Shown here: in pieces, positions 8,553-17,607 of the stretch
How positions within the stretch are numbered: position 1 is the stretch's first letter
How the letters are laid out: each line of letters opens with the position of its first letter
Virus record (IMG/VR): IMGVR_UViG_3300031176_000060
Span: 1-43,768 of that record
DNA length: 43,768 nucleotides
Reading direction: 5' to 3' (one strand)
From: a virus
Taxonomy: Duplodnaviria; Caudoviricetes
Notes under the pieces: model-generated
Seen by the model: only the letters and a program-made list of their open reading frames with translations
Database searches by the model: none
Told to the model about the DNA's origin: nothing
Translations under genes and position numbers: made by a program

Positions 8553-9571
8553 GCGCCGCTCACCTCCATCTGCAGCTGTAATTTCATCTCATGGTAGCCT
8601 GGCCGAATGGTGTGGCTGTCCCCCCAAACGGTATAAACGCCCTTGAGTCCCGTGATTTCCTCAAAGACCTCTATCTTGGTCCCGGCAATTACATCATCGA
8701 TTCCCAGGGAGTTGACCGATGCCTCGTCCTTTACCTTGCTAAGGTTTTGCAATTCCTGCTTCCCAAGCGCTACAGCACTGCCTTTCTGTTGGTCCTGAAC
8801 TTCCACCACCTTCACCATCCGACCGTATCGTTTGGCTTTGGCCTGGTCCGTCTCTTCATAGAGGATGGCGCTTGACTCGTTATCGCTGCCGATCACCCTC
8901 ACGACTGTCCGCATCTCGGCAATCGATCGTTTCCGACTGGCCTCCAGAAGATTGCTGCCCTGCTGAATTTTCCACTGCTTCGTTTGGCCGCGCTGCGTAC
9001 CAACAAACACTTTGCCTTCCTCAATCCAGCACCAGTAACGGATGCCGCTCGACCGATAGACCTGGTTTAAGATGTCCACCACCGCATCCCAGACACTCTT
9101 CCCGCGGATGACTTGCTTTTCAACAGGAGGCATGCGTCCGATCCCGCCAATTGGAATGCCGTGCTGCTGAAAAATTCGTGTCAGGAGCCTGTCTGCCGCT
9201 TCTCCAGTCGAAACTACTAGCACATCATTATTCAGCAGGTAGTACCCGAAATCGTAGGCAACCGGGTTGATATCTCCCTTGGAGGACTTGCCCAGATCCA
9301 CGATCATTCCCGTAAACAGTGACCGGGGAGAGCCACTGATATAGGAGATCAACTCCATCAGGTCGCCTTCTTCCACATTGACATCCGGCCAGAACCTGTC
9401 CCGCCCTTTGTTTGTCTTCACAGCGAGCGTTCGTTTCGCCTCTTGCCGGCTGCCTGACCACGTCGCTTCAGAAAAAGGGAGACGGAACGCCTGTTTTCCG
9501 GGCTTCTGGATGCGAATTTCATAGTGATACCTGGGCTGCATGGTGGACACCTCACTTTCTACCAGGCTCAT
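8549..9571 (-). CDS. Baseplate hub protein (XkdQ/YqbQ-like)
   Basis: TWSGSRQEAKRTL, AYDFGYYL, HEMKLQL; synteny. Confidence 0.82.
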   Translation of the reverse strand: MSLVESEVSTMQPRYHYEIRIQKPGKQAFRLPFSEATWSGSRQEAKRTLAVKTNKGRDRFWPDVNVEEGDLMELISYISGSPRSLFTGMIVDLGKSSKGDINPVAYDFGYYLLNNDVLVVSTGEAADRLLTRIFQQHGIPIGGIGRMPPVEKQVIRGKSVWDAVVDILNQVYRSSGIRYWCWIEEGKVFVGTQRGQTKQWKIQQGSNLLEASRKRSIAEMRTVVRVIGSDNESSAILYEETDQAKAKRYGRMVKVVEVQDQQKGSAVALGKQELQNLSKVKDEASVNSLGIDDVIAGTKIEVFEEITGLKGVYTVWGDSHTIRPGYHEMKLQLQMEVSGA

Positions 9572-10143
9572 TTGAGCTTGGGTTTTCCCCGGGAGAGATA
9601 CTTATCAACCAAGCTTTCCTTGCTGTCGCTGTCTTTTTTCTTAGTGGATGAAACTTTCGCCATTCGTGTATCTGGCCGTGTTCCTTTGCCTGTTGTTTGG
9701 AACTGAATATTGACGTTGGTGCTTTCTAAGGTCACGAAGCGATACTCTTTTAACGCCAAGCTGAATTCCACATCGAAGCCGTCCCATTCATATGAGAAGT
9801 CACGAATAGTGACCGGCGAGTTAATGGAACTGCCGGTGACTTTGAACCGGATTGGGTACCCTGTGTTTTTCCACCGCTTGATCGTTGCCACGAATTCTTC
9901 AGGTGAGGGAAAGCCGTCATAATCGCATATCCCCGGGTCAAACCGTTCCGGCCAGACGGTGGAGAATGAGTATTCGTCCAACTCCGGATCGCCGATGATG
10001 GTTGCCTCTCCGATCGCCACCAGATCGATGTCCGTGTATTGGTGCCCTATTTTGACCGATACCTTTGGCGGCAGAACGGGCAGTCGCAGCTTTTCAGCGT
10101 TATTGTTCCAGGTCAGCCAAAACTCAAGGTGTTTGGATTTCAT
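9568..10143 (-). CDS. Tail tube initiator (XkdP/YqbP-like, no evident LysM)
   Basis: LRLPVLP, IGEATIIG, FSLALKEYRFV; ATG 10143 with RBS. Confidence 0.75.
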   Translation of the reverse strand: MKSKHLEFWLTWNNNAEKLRLPVLPPKVSVKIGHQYTDIDLVAIGEATIIGDPELDEYSFSTVWPERFDPGICDYDGFPSPEEFVATIKRWKNTGYPIRFKVTGSSINSPVTIRDFSYEWDGFDVEFSLALKEYRFVTLESTNVNIQFQTTGKGTRPDTRMAKVSSTKKKDSDSKESLVDKYLSRGKPKLK

Positions 10144-10191
10144 CTCACCCGCCCCCCAATGAAAAAAGCACACCCATGATGGATGTGCCCG

Positions 10192-10200
10192 TGTTATAAT
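10192..10200 (+). promoter_or_regulatory. Extended -10 promoter for toxin mRNA
   Basis: TGtTATAAT about 78 nt upstream of the toxin start. Confidence 0.6.
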
Positions 10201-10277
10201 CTTCCATGTACAATAGAATCGGCTCCTCAAGGGTGGTCGGCTCATCTCCCATGTCGGAAACGAAGGGAGGTGGGAAC

Positions 10278-10397
10278 GTGGCAATTACTCACGAAACGCT
10301 TACGCTTATGCTCCAGTTTGGCGGCTTTATCGTCGGACTGCTGAGCCTCGTCGTAACAATCGTAGTTGCCCTGACCAAAAGGAATGACCGCCCTTGA
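10278..10397 (+). CDS. Type I TA toxin, holin-like single-TM peptide (39 aa)
   Basis: MAITHETLTLMLQFGGFIVGLLSLVVTIVVALTKRNDRP matches the 'putative holin-like toxin' pattern; RBS GGGAGGTGGG can pair with upstream CTCATCTCCC. Confidence 0.8.
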   Translation: MAITHETLTLMLQFGGFIVGLLSLVVTIVVALTKRNDRP

Positions 10398-10503
10398 GAT
10401 TGGCGTCCAAGGCGGTCATTCTTGACTGACTGATATTGCGCTGAGCCGCCCCCTTGTGGGGACGTCTATTGTACAGGCCGTCGGTGTTGCAGCACCGGCG
10501 GTC
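10378..10503 (-). ncRNA. Putative cis-antisense antitoxin RNA
   Basis: Minus-strand TATACT at 10510-10515; terminator hairpin GAATGACCGCC/GGCGGTCATTC followed on the minus strand by a U-run overlapping the toxin 3' end; ends approximate. Confidence 0.6.
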
Positions 10504-10509
10504 TTTATT
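10475..10509 (+). terminator. Toxin mRNA terminator
   Basis: GGCCGTCGGTG-ttgcag-CACCGGCGGTC-TTTATT. Confidence 0.7.
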
Positions 10510-10602
10510 AGTATATTCAATATTCGATATGCGATAACGCATACTCTTCTTACATCCAATATTACCACAACTGATAATAAATAAAAATATATAATATCGC
10601 CT

Positions 10603-10636
10603 GAAAGACGCTCTTGATGCGGAGAGCGTCTTTTCG
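10603..10636. terminator. Hairpin/terminator downstream of tape measure gene
   Basis: AAAGACGCTCT-tgatgcgg-AGAGCGTCTTT. Confidence 0.6.
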
Positions 10637-10739
10637 TCTTACTTGAACTATATCGTGGTGACGAATGCTACATGGACACGCCGCTGGATTGATACCCGGC
10701 AACATTATTTTAGCATCAGCACAGAAAGTCTTCACCTCT

Positions 10740-13082
10740 TTATTCAAGAACAGTCGTTCCAGTCCCAGCTAATACGTGGAGTACCTTTTCGGCAATAGTA
10801 TCGGCCAACTGCTCGGCCAAACTTTCCATATCCTCTTTGCCATTTACACTGTTGGTCTGCAAGGTGACCTGAATGGTTGGTCGGAAATCTACGAACGTTG
10901 AATTTGAACCAGAACCGCCAACAGCAGCTTGAGCGATTCCGGAATTGGCAAGGGATGGCGTATAGCTTGGCACTTGGCTGAATGCACTGTCCATAGCCGT
11001 AACCAGGGAATCCCCTGCAGCCTCCACCCCGATGGCCATTGTCTCAGGGATTGCCATACCGCTGTCGGTTAACCGGGAGAATGGCCCCAGATCCGCGTCT
11101 GAGTGAGGCAGGAATTGATCGGCCCATTCAAACACGCTGGAGAGTGCGTCTGCAATCTTGTCTTTGACTGACAAGATGCCGTCTACAATCGTGGTGATGA
11201 TTTTCTGCCCGCTCTCGAATAAGCCGCTGATCCATCCGCCAAACCAGCCATCGATGGTCGTAAAAGCGTTTTGGAAAGTGGCTTTTATCGTTTCCCACGC
11301 CCCGGACCAATCCCCGGTGATGAATTGAGTGAACGCAGTAAAGAGTCCCTTCCACAGTTCAATCACCATGGTAAAATAGGCTGTCAGTCCATCCCATACT
11401 GACTGCGCTACCCCTTTGACCCACTCCCAGGCGGCAACCAGATACGAGCTGACCATATCCCAGTTTTCGTACAGCCACCATGCCGCGGCAATCAAGGCGA
11501 CAATCCCTGCAATGACAAGTAGAATAGGCCATAACGCACTGAGAGAAGCAAGACCAAATCCACTTATGGCAGCGCTCATCGCAGAGAAACCGACCGTTAC
11601 CGGCGTCCATATCCCTGCCAAAAACACCAGGGGCGTAATCAAAAGAGCGAGAGCTGCAAACAACATCAGAAAGGAGACAGCAACTTTTGTGATAAACGGA
11701 TGCTCTTTGGCAAACTCCCCGATTCCTTTGGCAATGTCCGCGATGAAGCCAACGATCGGTTTGGCTACGTCCAGAACAGCATCCCCAACCGGTTCAAACG
11801 CAAGCTGCATCTCGTTGGTCATGGCCTGCCATTCATTGGACACCTTCCCCACAATCTCTTCCGTCTTCCCGGCAAAATCCTCAAGGGGTTTAGCGTTCAG
11901 CATGGCCATGACCGCGTCCCGGCCGAGATCTTCGTACTGGGTGCCGAACACCTTGGATAACACATCGTCCTGTACCTTCTGATCCTTGATGGAAGCTATT
12001 CCGGTCGTAATCGCGATGATCGCTTTCTCGGCTTCTTTGCCGCCGGCCTTAATCTGGTCAAGCATCTTGAACAGTTTCTCTTCCCCGAAGATATCTTCAA
12101 GCGCACCAAGAGCATTTTCATCGAGAGCCTTGTTCAGCCGAATACCAAAAGACTCTTTAAATGCGTCGCCCAGCTTGTCAAAGTTGAACGCGCCCGCCTC
12201 GGTACCGGCCACAAACATGCCCATCATTTTCTCGGCGCTGATCCCGGCCTCTTTGAACTGCGGAGAGTATTCCCAGATCGTATCAAGCAGGTCGTCCGCT
12301 TTATCTCCGACTCGCTGATAGGCAGCCGTGATCATGTCGAGACCTTTTACAGGACCGGTCCCCCACTGGGTTTGCATCATGTCCAGCGCTTTTGCAATAC
12401 TGTCCTGATCGAGGTCGCCGAGCGAAATCTTTTCCAAAGCGATTGCACCTTCTGCAACCTTGCGAATCTCATCGTCGGTCCCTTCTAACAGATGCTTAAA
12501 CCGCCCGAATGATTCCGATGCCTCTTGCGGCGCCTCTACCAAACCGGACGTAAACAGTTGTTTCACTGAGTCTGACATGGATACCATTTCGGCATCCGTT
12601 GCCCCCACGCGCGCCTGCAGCATATCGAGGGAATGATCCATTTCGTACGCCGATACTGCCGCGGCTGACAAGCCGGCTGTCACCACCGCTCCACCGGCAG
12701 CAGTCAGGCCAGCGATTTCCTCCATGTGCCCAGCGGCTTTGTCAACGTACTCCAGCGATTCTGCCGCCTCGTCACCAGCTTTTGCGGCAGCACGCAGCGC
12801 CTTTTCCAACCGGCCAACATGTTGCGCGTCGACCGCTTCAGCTTTGTCATCAACCTCGGCAATCTGGCGGGCAAGCTTCGTTGCCTGGCGATAAGCATCG
12901 TCCATCGCATGGTCCAGTTGGGTAATGGAAGCATGATCGATGCCGTCCAACGCATCCTCAACTTCGGTGGCCGCGTCCTCTATGTCATCGAAGATGTCCA
13001 GCACGTCGCCAAGGTGTTTCAGAAGGGAGGAGATCTGCTTGGTCATCTTCTCTTGGAACGCCAGCGTTGTGGTCAAAGCCAT
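10740..13082 (-). CDS. Tail tape measure protein
   Basis: 780 aa Ala-rich; DKADDLLDTIWEYSPQFK, GAFNFDKLGDAFKE; TM region and W-periodic repeats; LPHSDADLGPFSRL. Confidence 0.93.
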   Translation of the reverse strand: MALTTTLAFQEKMTKQISSLLKHLGDVLDIFDDIEDAATEVEDALDGIDHASITQLDHAMDDAYRQATKLARQIAEVDDKAEAVDAQHVGRLEKALRAAAKAGDEAAESLEYVDKAAGHMEEIAGLTAAGGAVVTAGLSAAAVSAYEMDHSLDMLQARVGATDAEMVSMSDSVKQLFTSGLVEAPQEASESFGRFKHLLEGTDDEIRKVAEGAIALEKISLGDLDQDSIAKALDMMQTQWGTGPVKGLDMITAAYQRVGDKADDLLDTIWEYSPQFKEAGISAEKMMGMFVAGTEAGAFNFDKLGDAFKESFGIRLNKALDENALGALEDIFGEEKLFKMLDQIKAGGKEAEKAIIAITTGIASIKDQKVQDDVLSKVFGTQYEDLGRDAVMAMLNAKPLEDFAGKTEEIVGKVSNEWQAMTNEMQLAFEPVGDAVLDVAKPIVGFIADIAKGIGEFAKEHPFITKVAVSFLMLFAALALLITPLVFLAGIWTPVTVGFSAMSAAISGFGLASLSALWPILLVIAGIVALIAAAWWLYENWDMVSSYLVAAWEWVKGVAQSVWDGLTAYFTMVIELWKGLFTAFTQFITGDWSGAWETIKATFQNAFTTIDGWFGGWISGLFESGQKIITTIVDGILSVKDKIADALSSVFEWADQFLPHSDADLGPFSRLTDSGMAIPETMAIGVEAAGDSLVTAMDSAFSQVPSYTPSLANSGIAQAAVGGSGSNSTFVDFRPTIQVTLQTNSVNGKEDMESLAEQLADTIAEKVLHVLAGTGTTVLE

Positions 13083-13085
13083 TCC

Positions 13086-13288
13086 CTATCTCCTCCTCCC
13101 TCTTACACGTCGGCCTTTGAGCCGTTCCATTTTCTTTTCCTGCTCAGCCTTGCGTTGGATTTCCATAGCCGTAGAGATCAGGACAAATTGTTTCTCACGC
13201 TCAGGCAGGCATAAAATTTCCGAGGGAAGCCGGTTTTTTTCTTGCCAGATGTAAGAATAGAGAGCCAACTCCGGGCTCTCTTTTATGA
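13086..13288 (-). CDS. C-terminal part of the frameshifted tail assembly chaperone (G-T-like)
   Basis: Open -1 frame LIKESPELALYSYIWQEKNRLPSE... beginning at the slippery site. Confidence 0.7.
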
Positions 13289-13295
13289 GTTTTTT
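13260..13295 (-). other. Programmed -1 frameshift signal
   Basis: A AAA AAC (13295-13289) just before the stop, then 8 nt spacer and hairpin GAGAGCC-N7-GGCTCTC. Confidence 0.8.
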
Positions 13296-13714
13296 ACCTC
13301 TTCCTCGGCTTCCTCATCGTCCGCAAAATCACTGATGGCTGCAATCGCTTCATACAACGAATCGATTTCATTTGGTCGGAAGATGCAAGGTACGACATCA
13401 ACGGCAGCAATCTTCCCGAACTTTGCGAGGACCTGCGGCGAATCGATCCGGAAATTTGTCCGATCGGTATCGATACCCGCAATGATGATCTCCGATTTAA
13501 ACCGGAGGTCATCGAATTCTACTTTCCGTTCCGCTTTGCTCTTCTTGCCGGTGACAGAAATCCTCAGTGCAGCCTTCCGAGCCTTGTAGTACACATCCCC
13601 AGGGACGGAGCGAATCGGAAGCTTCACGCCGTTTCGCTTCCACTCCCATTCGCTCTTCTCATCCGCTTGGGTGTTCATGCCGAGAAACTCTTCCATCGTG
13701 AGAAATTCGCTCAT
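13283..13714 (-). CDS. Tail assembly chaperone (XkdN-like)
   Basis: Between tube and tape measure; acidic end EEEVKN with slippery site. Confidence 0.85.
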   Translation of the reverse strand: MSEFLTMEEFLGMNTQADEKSEWEWKRNGVKLPIRSVPGDVYYKARKAALRISVTGKKSKAERKVEFDDLRFKSEIIIAGIDTDRTNFRIDSPQVLAKFGKIAAVDVVPCIFRPNEIDSLYEAIAAISDFADDEEAEEEVKNS

Positions 13715-13746
13715 ACCTGTTACCTCCTATGGGGTCAACCCCTGTT

Positions 13747-14157
13747 TTAAATGAATTCGTAATCATCGACTGTTCCTTCAAGTGAAGTATCCTCGTCAAT
13801 CGCGCCATGTTCCCATTTCGCAAGTGCCAGCGAATCCGGCGAAAAGCCTTTTACGGCTACCCGGTATCTTCCCGCCACAGGATCGTCCAACTCCCCGATA
13901 AAGTTCACCTTCTTTTCGGGGTTGTTGGCAAGCTCCTGGATCAGTTTTTGGACATTTGCTGTCCGTTCAAATGTGGCGGTCATACTTACGGAGGAAGACA
14001 CAACACGGTGGCCTTTCCGCAGCTTGCCCGCACGCTTGCTTTCCACTTTGTCAAACTCCTCGGTCAACTCAAAACCGATGCACTCCGTCAATTCGTTACC
14101 GTTCTGATCGTAAAAATGACCGTGGGTACCCGAATAGGTTTGAGCATCCTTGTTCAT
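13747..14157 (-). CDS. Tail tube protein (XkdM-like)
   Basis: SGTHG, GELDDP, LAKWEHG, DDYEFI; follows sheath. Confidence 0.85.
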   Translation of the reverse strand: MNKDAQTYSGTHGHFYDQNGNELTECIGFELTEEFDKVESKRAGKLRKGHRVVSSSVSMTATFERTANVQKLIQELANNPEKKVNFIGELDDPVAGRYRVAVKGFSPDSLALAKWEHGAIDEDTSLEGTVDDYEFI

Positions 14158-14168
14158 TTGGCGTCACC

Positions 14169-15584
14169 TCACTTTGCCTTGTTGTAGGTGTAGATTTTTT
14201 CAAGCGCGTCCTGGTGACGGAATCCCGCAATGAAGTGCCCCGCGTTGCGCGCCGGGGTGTAGATCGGGTCCGGCCCGTGATACTCGGGGTCTTCGATGTA
14301 TTCATAGTCGGCCGCAATGACTTCGATCGCTGCCAGCGGTTTAAACACCGTTTCTTTCATCATCTGGCAGAAGGCCGCTCTGCGCGCCGGACTGTTGCTG
14401 TTCGGTTGCTGTCTCACCCATTCTTTTGCTGCTTCTTCCTCGGCATGCAGGATGGTGAACATGGTGTCCGCCACTCGAATCTTCCCAAACTCTTTTGACT
14501 GGTCCGGCCCCGGTGTGGTCAGCGTGTTTACAGGCTCCTGGATGATGACTTTCCCGTTGTCCATGTTCAGCATGAGGACACCAGCTTGAACGAGTTCGAT
14601 CAGGTCGGTATCCTGATCCCACTCTACAGTCAGGGCATCAAATGGCGTGATGTACAGCGCCATCGTGTAGTTGAGAGGCATCGCTGCCATCAGGGCCGCA
14701 ATATACACAGCCAGCTTTGCGCTCGGGTATGTCTTCCCTTTCCACTTGAAGCCGCTGCCGCAGTTTACGACCGCCATGTTGTTGGCGTCCTTGCTGGACT
14801 GGATCATTGCAGCCTTGTTCTGGTCCCGCGTCGAATCCCCGCCGTAGACAAATCGGATATAGTTGCCGAGAGCCACCTGTTGATTTGTCCAATCCTGGGC
14901 AGCAGCGTTCAGAGCGGCGTCCGCAATCCCCAGGGTGAACACACCAAATTTCCCTTTTTGAGTGGCGAGTGCATTTTGGTACGCGGTATATTTGGTCGCC
15001 TCCACGCTTTTGCCACTGTCGCCGCCTGTCAGATTTGTGCCCGCGGTTGGGTCCGGCAGCGTGTCAGTCAGTTTGGTAAGGACGACATACTCGCTGTTGG
15101 CAAAGGCAGTTACCAGCTCGTCGTTGGTGCCACCCGTTTGGCTCTCGACCAATTCGGCGTCCTTGTAAATCAGTACATCGACTTTTGTTCCGTCGAGAAG
15201 GTTGGGTTGGACGACGACCTTGAGGTGGTTACCAAGCTCACCTTTATACTTCGCTTCGACTTTGAGTACGTCGATTGCGCCGCTTTTCAAGATCGCATTT
15301 GCAGCCGCTGCGCTGTTCCCGGCGACACGATACAGCAGCACTTCGGTGGGTTGTGGATCGGCTGCCCATATCAGATCGAAGTCCTCCACCTTCCCGAATT
15401 TCTTCTCGGCAGATGTCTTATTGCGTACCGTCACAAACTCGCCGATTGGCCCCCAATCAGCAACAATCGGCAGGGCCAGTTTCCCTCGTAATCCTGGTGT
15501 GGTCTGTTCCTCGATAAACGATTTCAAAAAGGAGTAAGCACCGGACAGGACTTTCTCCTCTCCAGGTTGATACTTGCCGGCCAT
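14169..15584 (-). CDS. Tail sheath protein (XkdK-like)
   Basis: GEEKVLSGAY, ADWGPIG, AKYKGELGN, VNTLTT, KIRVADT, DALEKIY. Confidence 0.93.
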   Translation of the reverse strand: MAGKYQPGEEKVLSGAYSFLKSFIEEQTTPGLRGKLALPIVADWGPIGEFVTVRNKTSAEKKFGKVEDFDLIWAADPQPTEVLLYRVAGNSAAAANAILKSGAIDVLKVEAKYKGELGNHLKVVVQPNLLDGTKVDVLIYKDAELVESQTGGTNDELVTAFANSEYVVLTKLTDTLPDPTAGTNLTGGDSGKSVEATKYTAYQNALATQKGKFGVFTLGIADAALNAAAQDWTNQQVALGNYIRFVYGGDSTRDQNKAAMIQSSKDANNMAVVNCGSGFKWKGKTYPSAKLAVYIAALMAAMPLNYTMALYITPFDALTVEWDQDTDLIELVQAGVLMLNMDNGKVIIQEPVNTLTTPGPDQSKEFGKIRVADTMFTILHAEEEAAKEWVRQQPNSNSPARRAAFCQMMKETVFKPLAAIEVIAADYEYIEDPEYHGPDPIYTPARNAGHFIAGFRHQDALEKIYTYNKAK

Positions 15585-15788
15585 CTATTTCACCGTCCTT
15601 TCCTTGAACTTTTTCACGAATGTCTCCGCCTCTGCGACCGTCATCTCGGTGGGAGCATCAAAAAAGGCGGCAATCGCTTCCGTTCGGTTCAAGCCGAACT
15701 TTTGCTGTGCCACCTTCATGATCTGGTCCTTCGCGTACTTTACTTCTTGCTGACCGACATCGTTGTCAGTTCCTTGTTTACGGGCCAC
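15585..15788 (-). CDS. Small neck/tail protein upstream of sheath
   Basis: GTG with GGAGGGG RBS; T..EA...V.KF....VK end typical of pre-sheath genes. Confidence 0.65.
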   Translation of the reverse strand: MARKQGTDNDVGQQEVKYAKDQIMKVAQQKFGLNRTEAIAAFFDAPTEMTVAEAETFVKKFKERTVK

Positions 15789-16245
15789 TTCGTCCCCCTC
15801 CTTTCTTCAATGTCGGGTCAAACCGTGTATGAATGACCTCCAACGGGTCGTACACCACCGGCGTGTAAGGCAGGTCAACCAGATACTTCAACTCTATGGA
15901 CTGGTCAAAGCCGTCCGGCTTGCTAAACGATAAGCGGCACTCCCGCATGTACCCAACTTGCACGCGGTCCGTGTTGTATAGCGGCAGCGCCCAACGCTTA
16001 TCAGCAAGGTCTTGCCGTACCAGGGAGACCATCTGTTTTAGCTGCTCCGCGTTTTCGGCCAACAGGGTAAGGCTCATCGTCCCTTTTTCCCGGTAGACGT
16101 CCGGCCGCCGAGGTTCCGGGATGCGGAAAGGCTCCTCTACGAACCACATGGGGCGGGTAAAATCCTTGGGAACACGGAGGCTTTCCGTCTGGATGCCGGT
16201 CAACGCGTAAAGCCAGTGGCGTACGGAGAGAACATCATCGCCCAT
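15778..16245 (-). CDS. Putative tail terminator/neck protein
   Basis: VPKDFTRP.WFVE; position after HK97 gp10-like gene. Confidence 0.65.
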   Translation of the reverse strand: MGDDVLSVRHWLYALTGIQTESLRVPKDFTRPMWFVEEPFRIPEPRRPDVYREKGTMSLTLLAENAEQLKQMVSLVRQDLADKRWALPLYNTDRVQVGYMRECRLSFSKPDGFDQSIELKYLVDLPYTPVVYDPLEVIHTRFDPTLKKGGGRSGP

Positions 16246-16732
16246 CCGGGAACAACCTCCTCGCCAGCTCGTCCAGTTCTTCTTTCACCAGTTCGTCCAT
16301 GATCGACTCTACCTCTGCTTCCGATCGTGCCAGATAGTGGACTCCAGGGATCCGTCGGCCTTTCAAAACCATGCCGGTGGGATGCCCCGGGGCATAAACA
16401 AATTTTTCATCGTCCCAGTAACCAGGTACGAACTGCCCTTTTCGTTGGGTAAACCCTTCTTCCACGTACCGGGCGTACTCCAAGGCAGTGCCGACGGTGA
16501 TTTCTGCTTTCGTTCCCTGCAAGACTAGGTCGAAAATGTTATCTCTGTTGCCGATCATGAGCGACTGTCGCAGTACACCATCCCGGACCGGCGCCCGGTC
16601 CTGTGCTCCCCTGAGAACCTGAAAGCCAGCTTTCCGGGCAACGCGGTCCATGGTAGCCTGCACTTCTCTTTTGGCTTGCTTTTTCAGGTGCCGGTACTGG
16701 CGTTCCAAGTCCTTTTTATTGACGCGAGCCAT
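16235..16732 (-). CDS. HK97 gp10-family neck protein
   Basis: APVRDGVLRQS, VGTALEYARYVEEG, GQFVPG. Confidence 0.88.
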   Translation of the reverse strand: MARVNKKDLERQYRHLKKQAKREVQATMDRVARKAGFQVLRGAQDRAPVRDGVLRQSLMIGNRDNIFDLVLQGTKAEITVGTALEYARYVEEGFTQRKGQFVPGYWDDEKFVYAPGHPTGMVLKGRRIPGVHYLARSEAEVESIMDELVKEELDELARRLFPDGR

Positions 16733-17118
16733 CAGATTTCAGGCTCCTCTCCAGTAACGGCGTCAATGAGACTGATGACAACCTCATAGTGATGTATGCC
16801 GGCCGAACCATACACGGGATACGGAAGGCCAACTTCATACAGATTTCCGGCAAACTCGGGCTGTTCGATCTGGACACGCATCCCCGGCTTCAGACCGGGG
16901 TGAAGGGTATGCATCAGGAAGTCCTGAGATGTCGCCTGACGCCCGGTGAGTTGCTGAATGCGACCGGGGGAGCCAGATACCCTGCAAGGCACGTTCTGGG
17001 CCACAGGGAGCCATTCTGAGCGGTTTTTTCCCCCGGTAAAGGGGTCAACATCCCCCTGCATATCCAAAAGGGTAAAAGAGTGGCACAGAAGCCGTTTGTA
17101 TTCGGTCAGATCATCCAC
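16732..17118 (-). CDS. Head-closure/head-tail joining protein
   Basis: NVPCRVS, HHYEV; position. Confidence 0.65.
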   Translation of the reverse strand: MDDLTEYKRLLCHSFTLLDMQGDVDPFTGGKNRSEWLPVAQNVPCRVSGSPGRIQQLTGRQATSQDFLMHTLHPGLKPGMRVQIEQPEFAGNLYEVGLPYPVYGSAGIHHYEVVISLIDAVTGEEPEI

Positions 17119-17423
17119 ATCTTTTGCCCCCTGTTCTTGCGGTATTTGTTCAGAATCTCCTCAACCTTGGGGTCGTTGTTGACGTAGGTAATGGATTCCT
17201 GATAGTCCCCCTGCTTGACGCTGGTCACCCGTTTTTCCTGTGCCATGTCCTTGGCGATCATCGCGACGGCCAGTTTCAATTCGTCAGGGACAGGATCGGG
17301 AATCGTCACCTGTCCCTCGACATACACATTTGCGCGCAAAACAACCGCGTTCAGACGTTCGGCATCCCATGTGCTAAATTCGGGATAAAACCCGATCAGT
17401 TCACTACTTGTCAGAATCGCCAT
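17106..17423 (-). CDS. Head-tail connector (gp6/gp15-like)
   Basis: VPDELKLAV, SVKQGDY, ILNKYR. Confidence 0.72.
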   Translation of the reverse strand: MAILTSSELIGFYPEFSTWDAERLNAVVLRANVYVEGQVTIPDPVPDELKLAVAMIAKDMAQEKRVTSVKQGDYQESITYVNNDPKVEEILNKYRKNRGQKMWMI

Positions 17424-17574
17424 CCGGTTTCACCGGCTCCTGTACAGCCGCGTCTCCTGCCGGGTCATCCTCCACCTTGTAGCCGTGTTGGCAGTAGATG
17501 ACCTCAAACGCTTTCCGCGACACTTTCAGCTTTTCTTTCCCCTTGCTGATCACCAGAATGTCATTGGGTTTCAT
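17404..17574 (-). CDS. Small post-capsid protein (56 aa, not in ORF track)
   Basis: Hand translation MKPNDILVISKGKEKLKVSRKAFEVIYCQHGYKVED...; GGGAGG RBS. Confidence 0.7.
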   Translation of the reverse strand: MKPNDILVISKGKEKLKVSRKAFEVIYCQHGYKVEDDPAGDAAVQEPVKPDGDSDK

Positions 17575-17607
17575 ATGGTAAACCTCCCCTCAGATTGATT
17601 ACGTGCC

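Noticed and set aside
10562-10747. 61-aa ORF after tape measure
   Set aside because: Runs through a terminator hairpin, no convincing RBS or recognisable features
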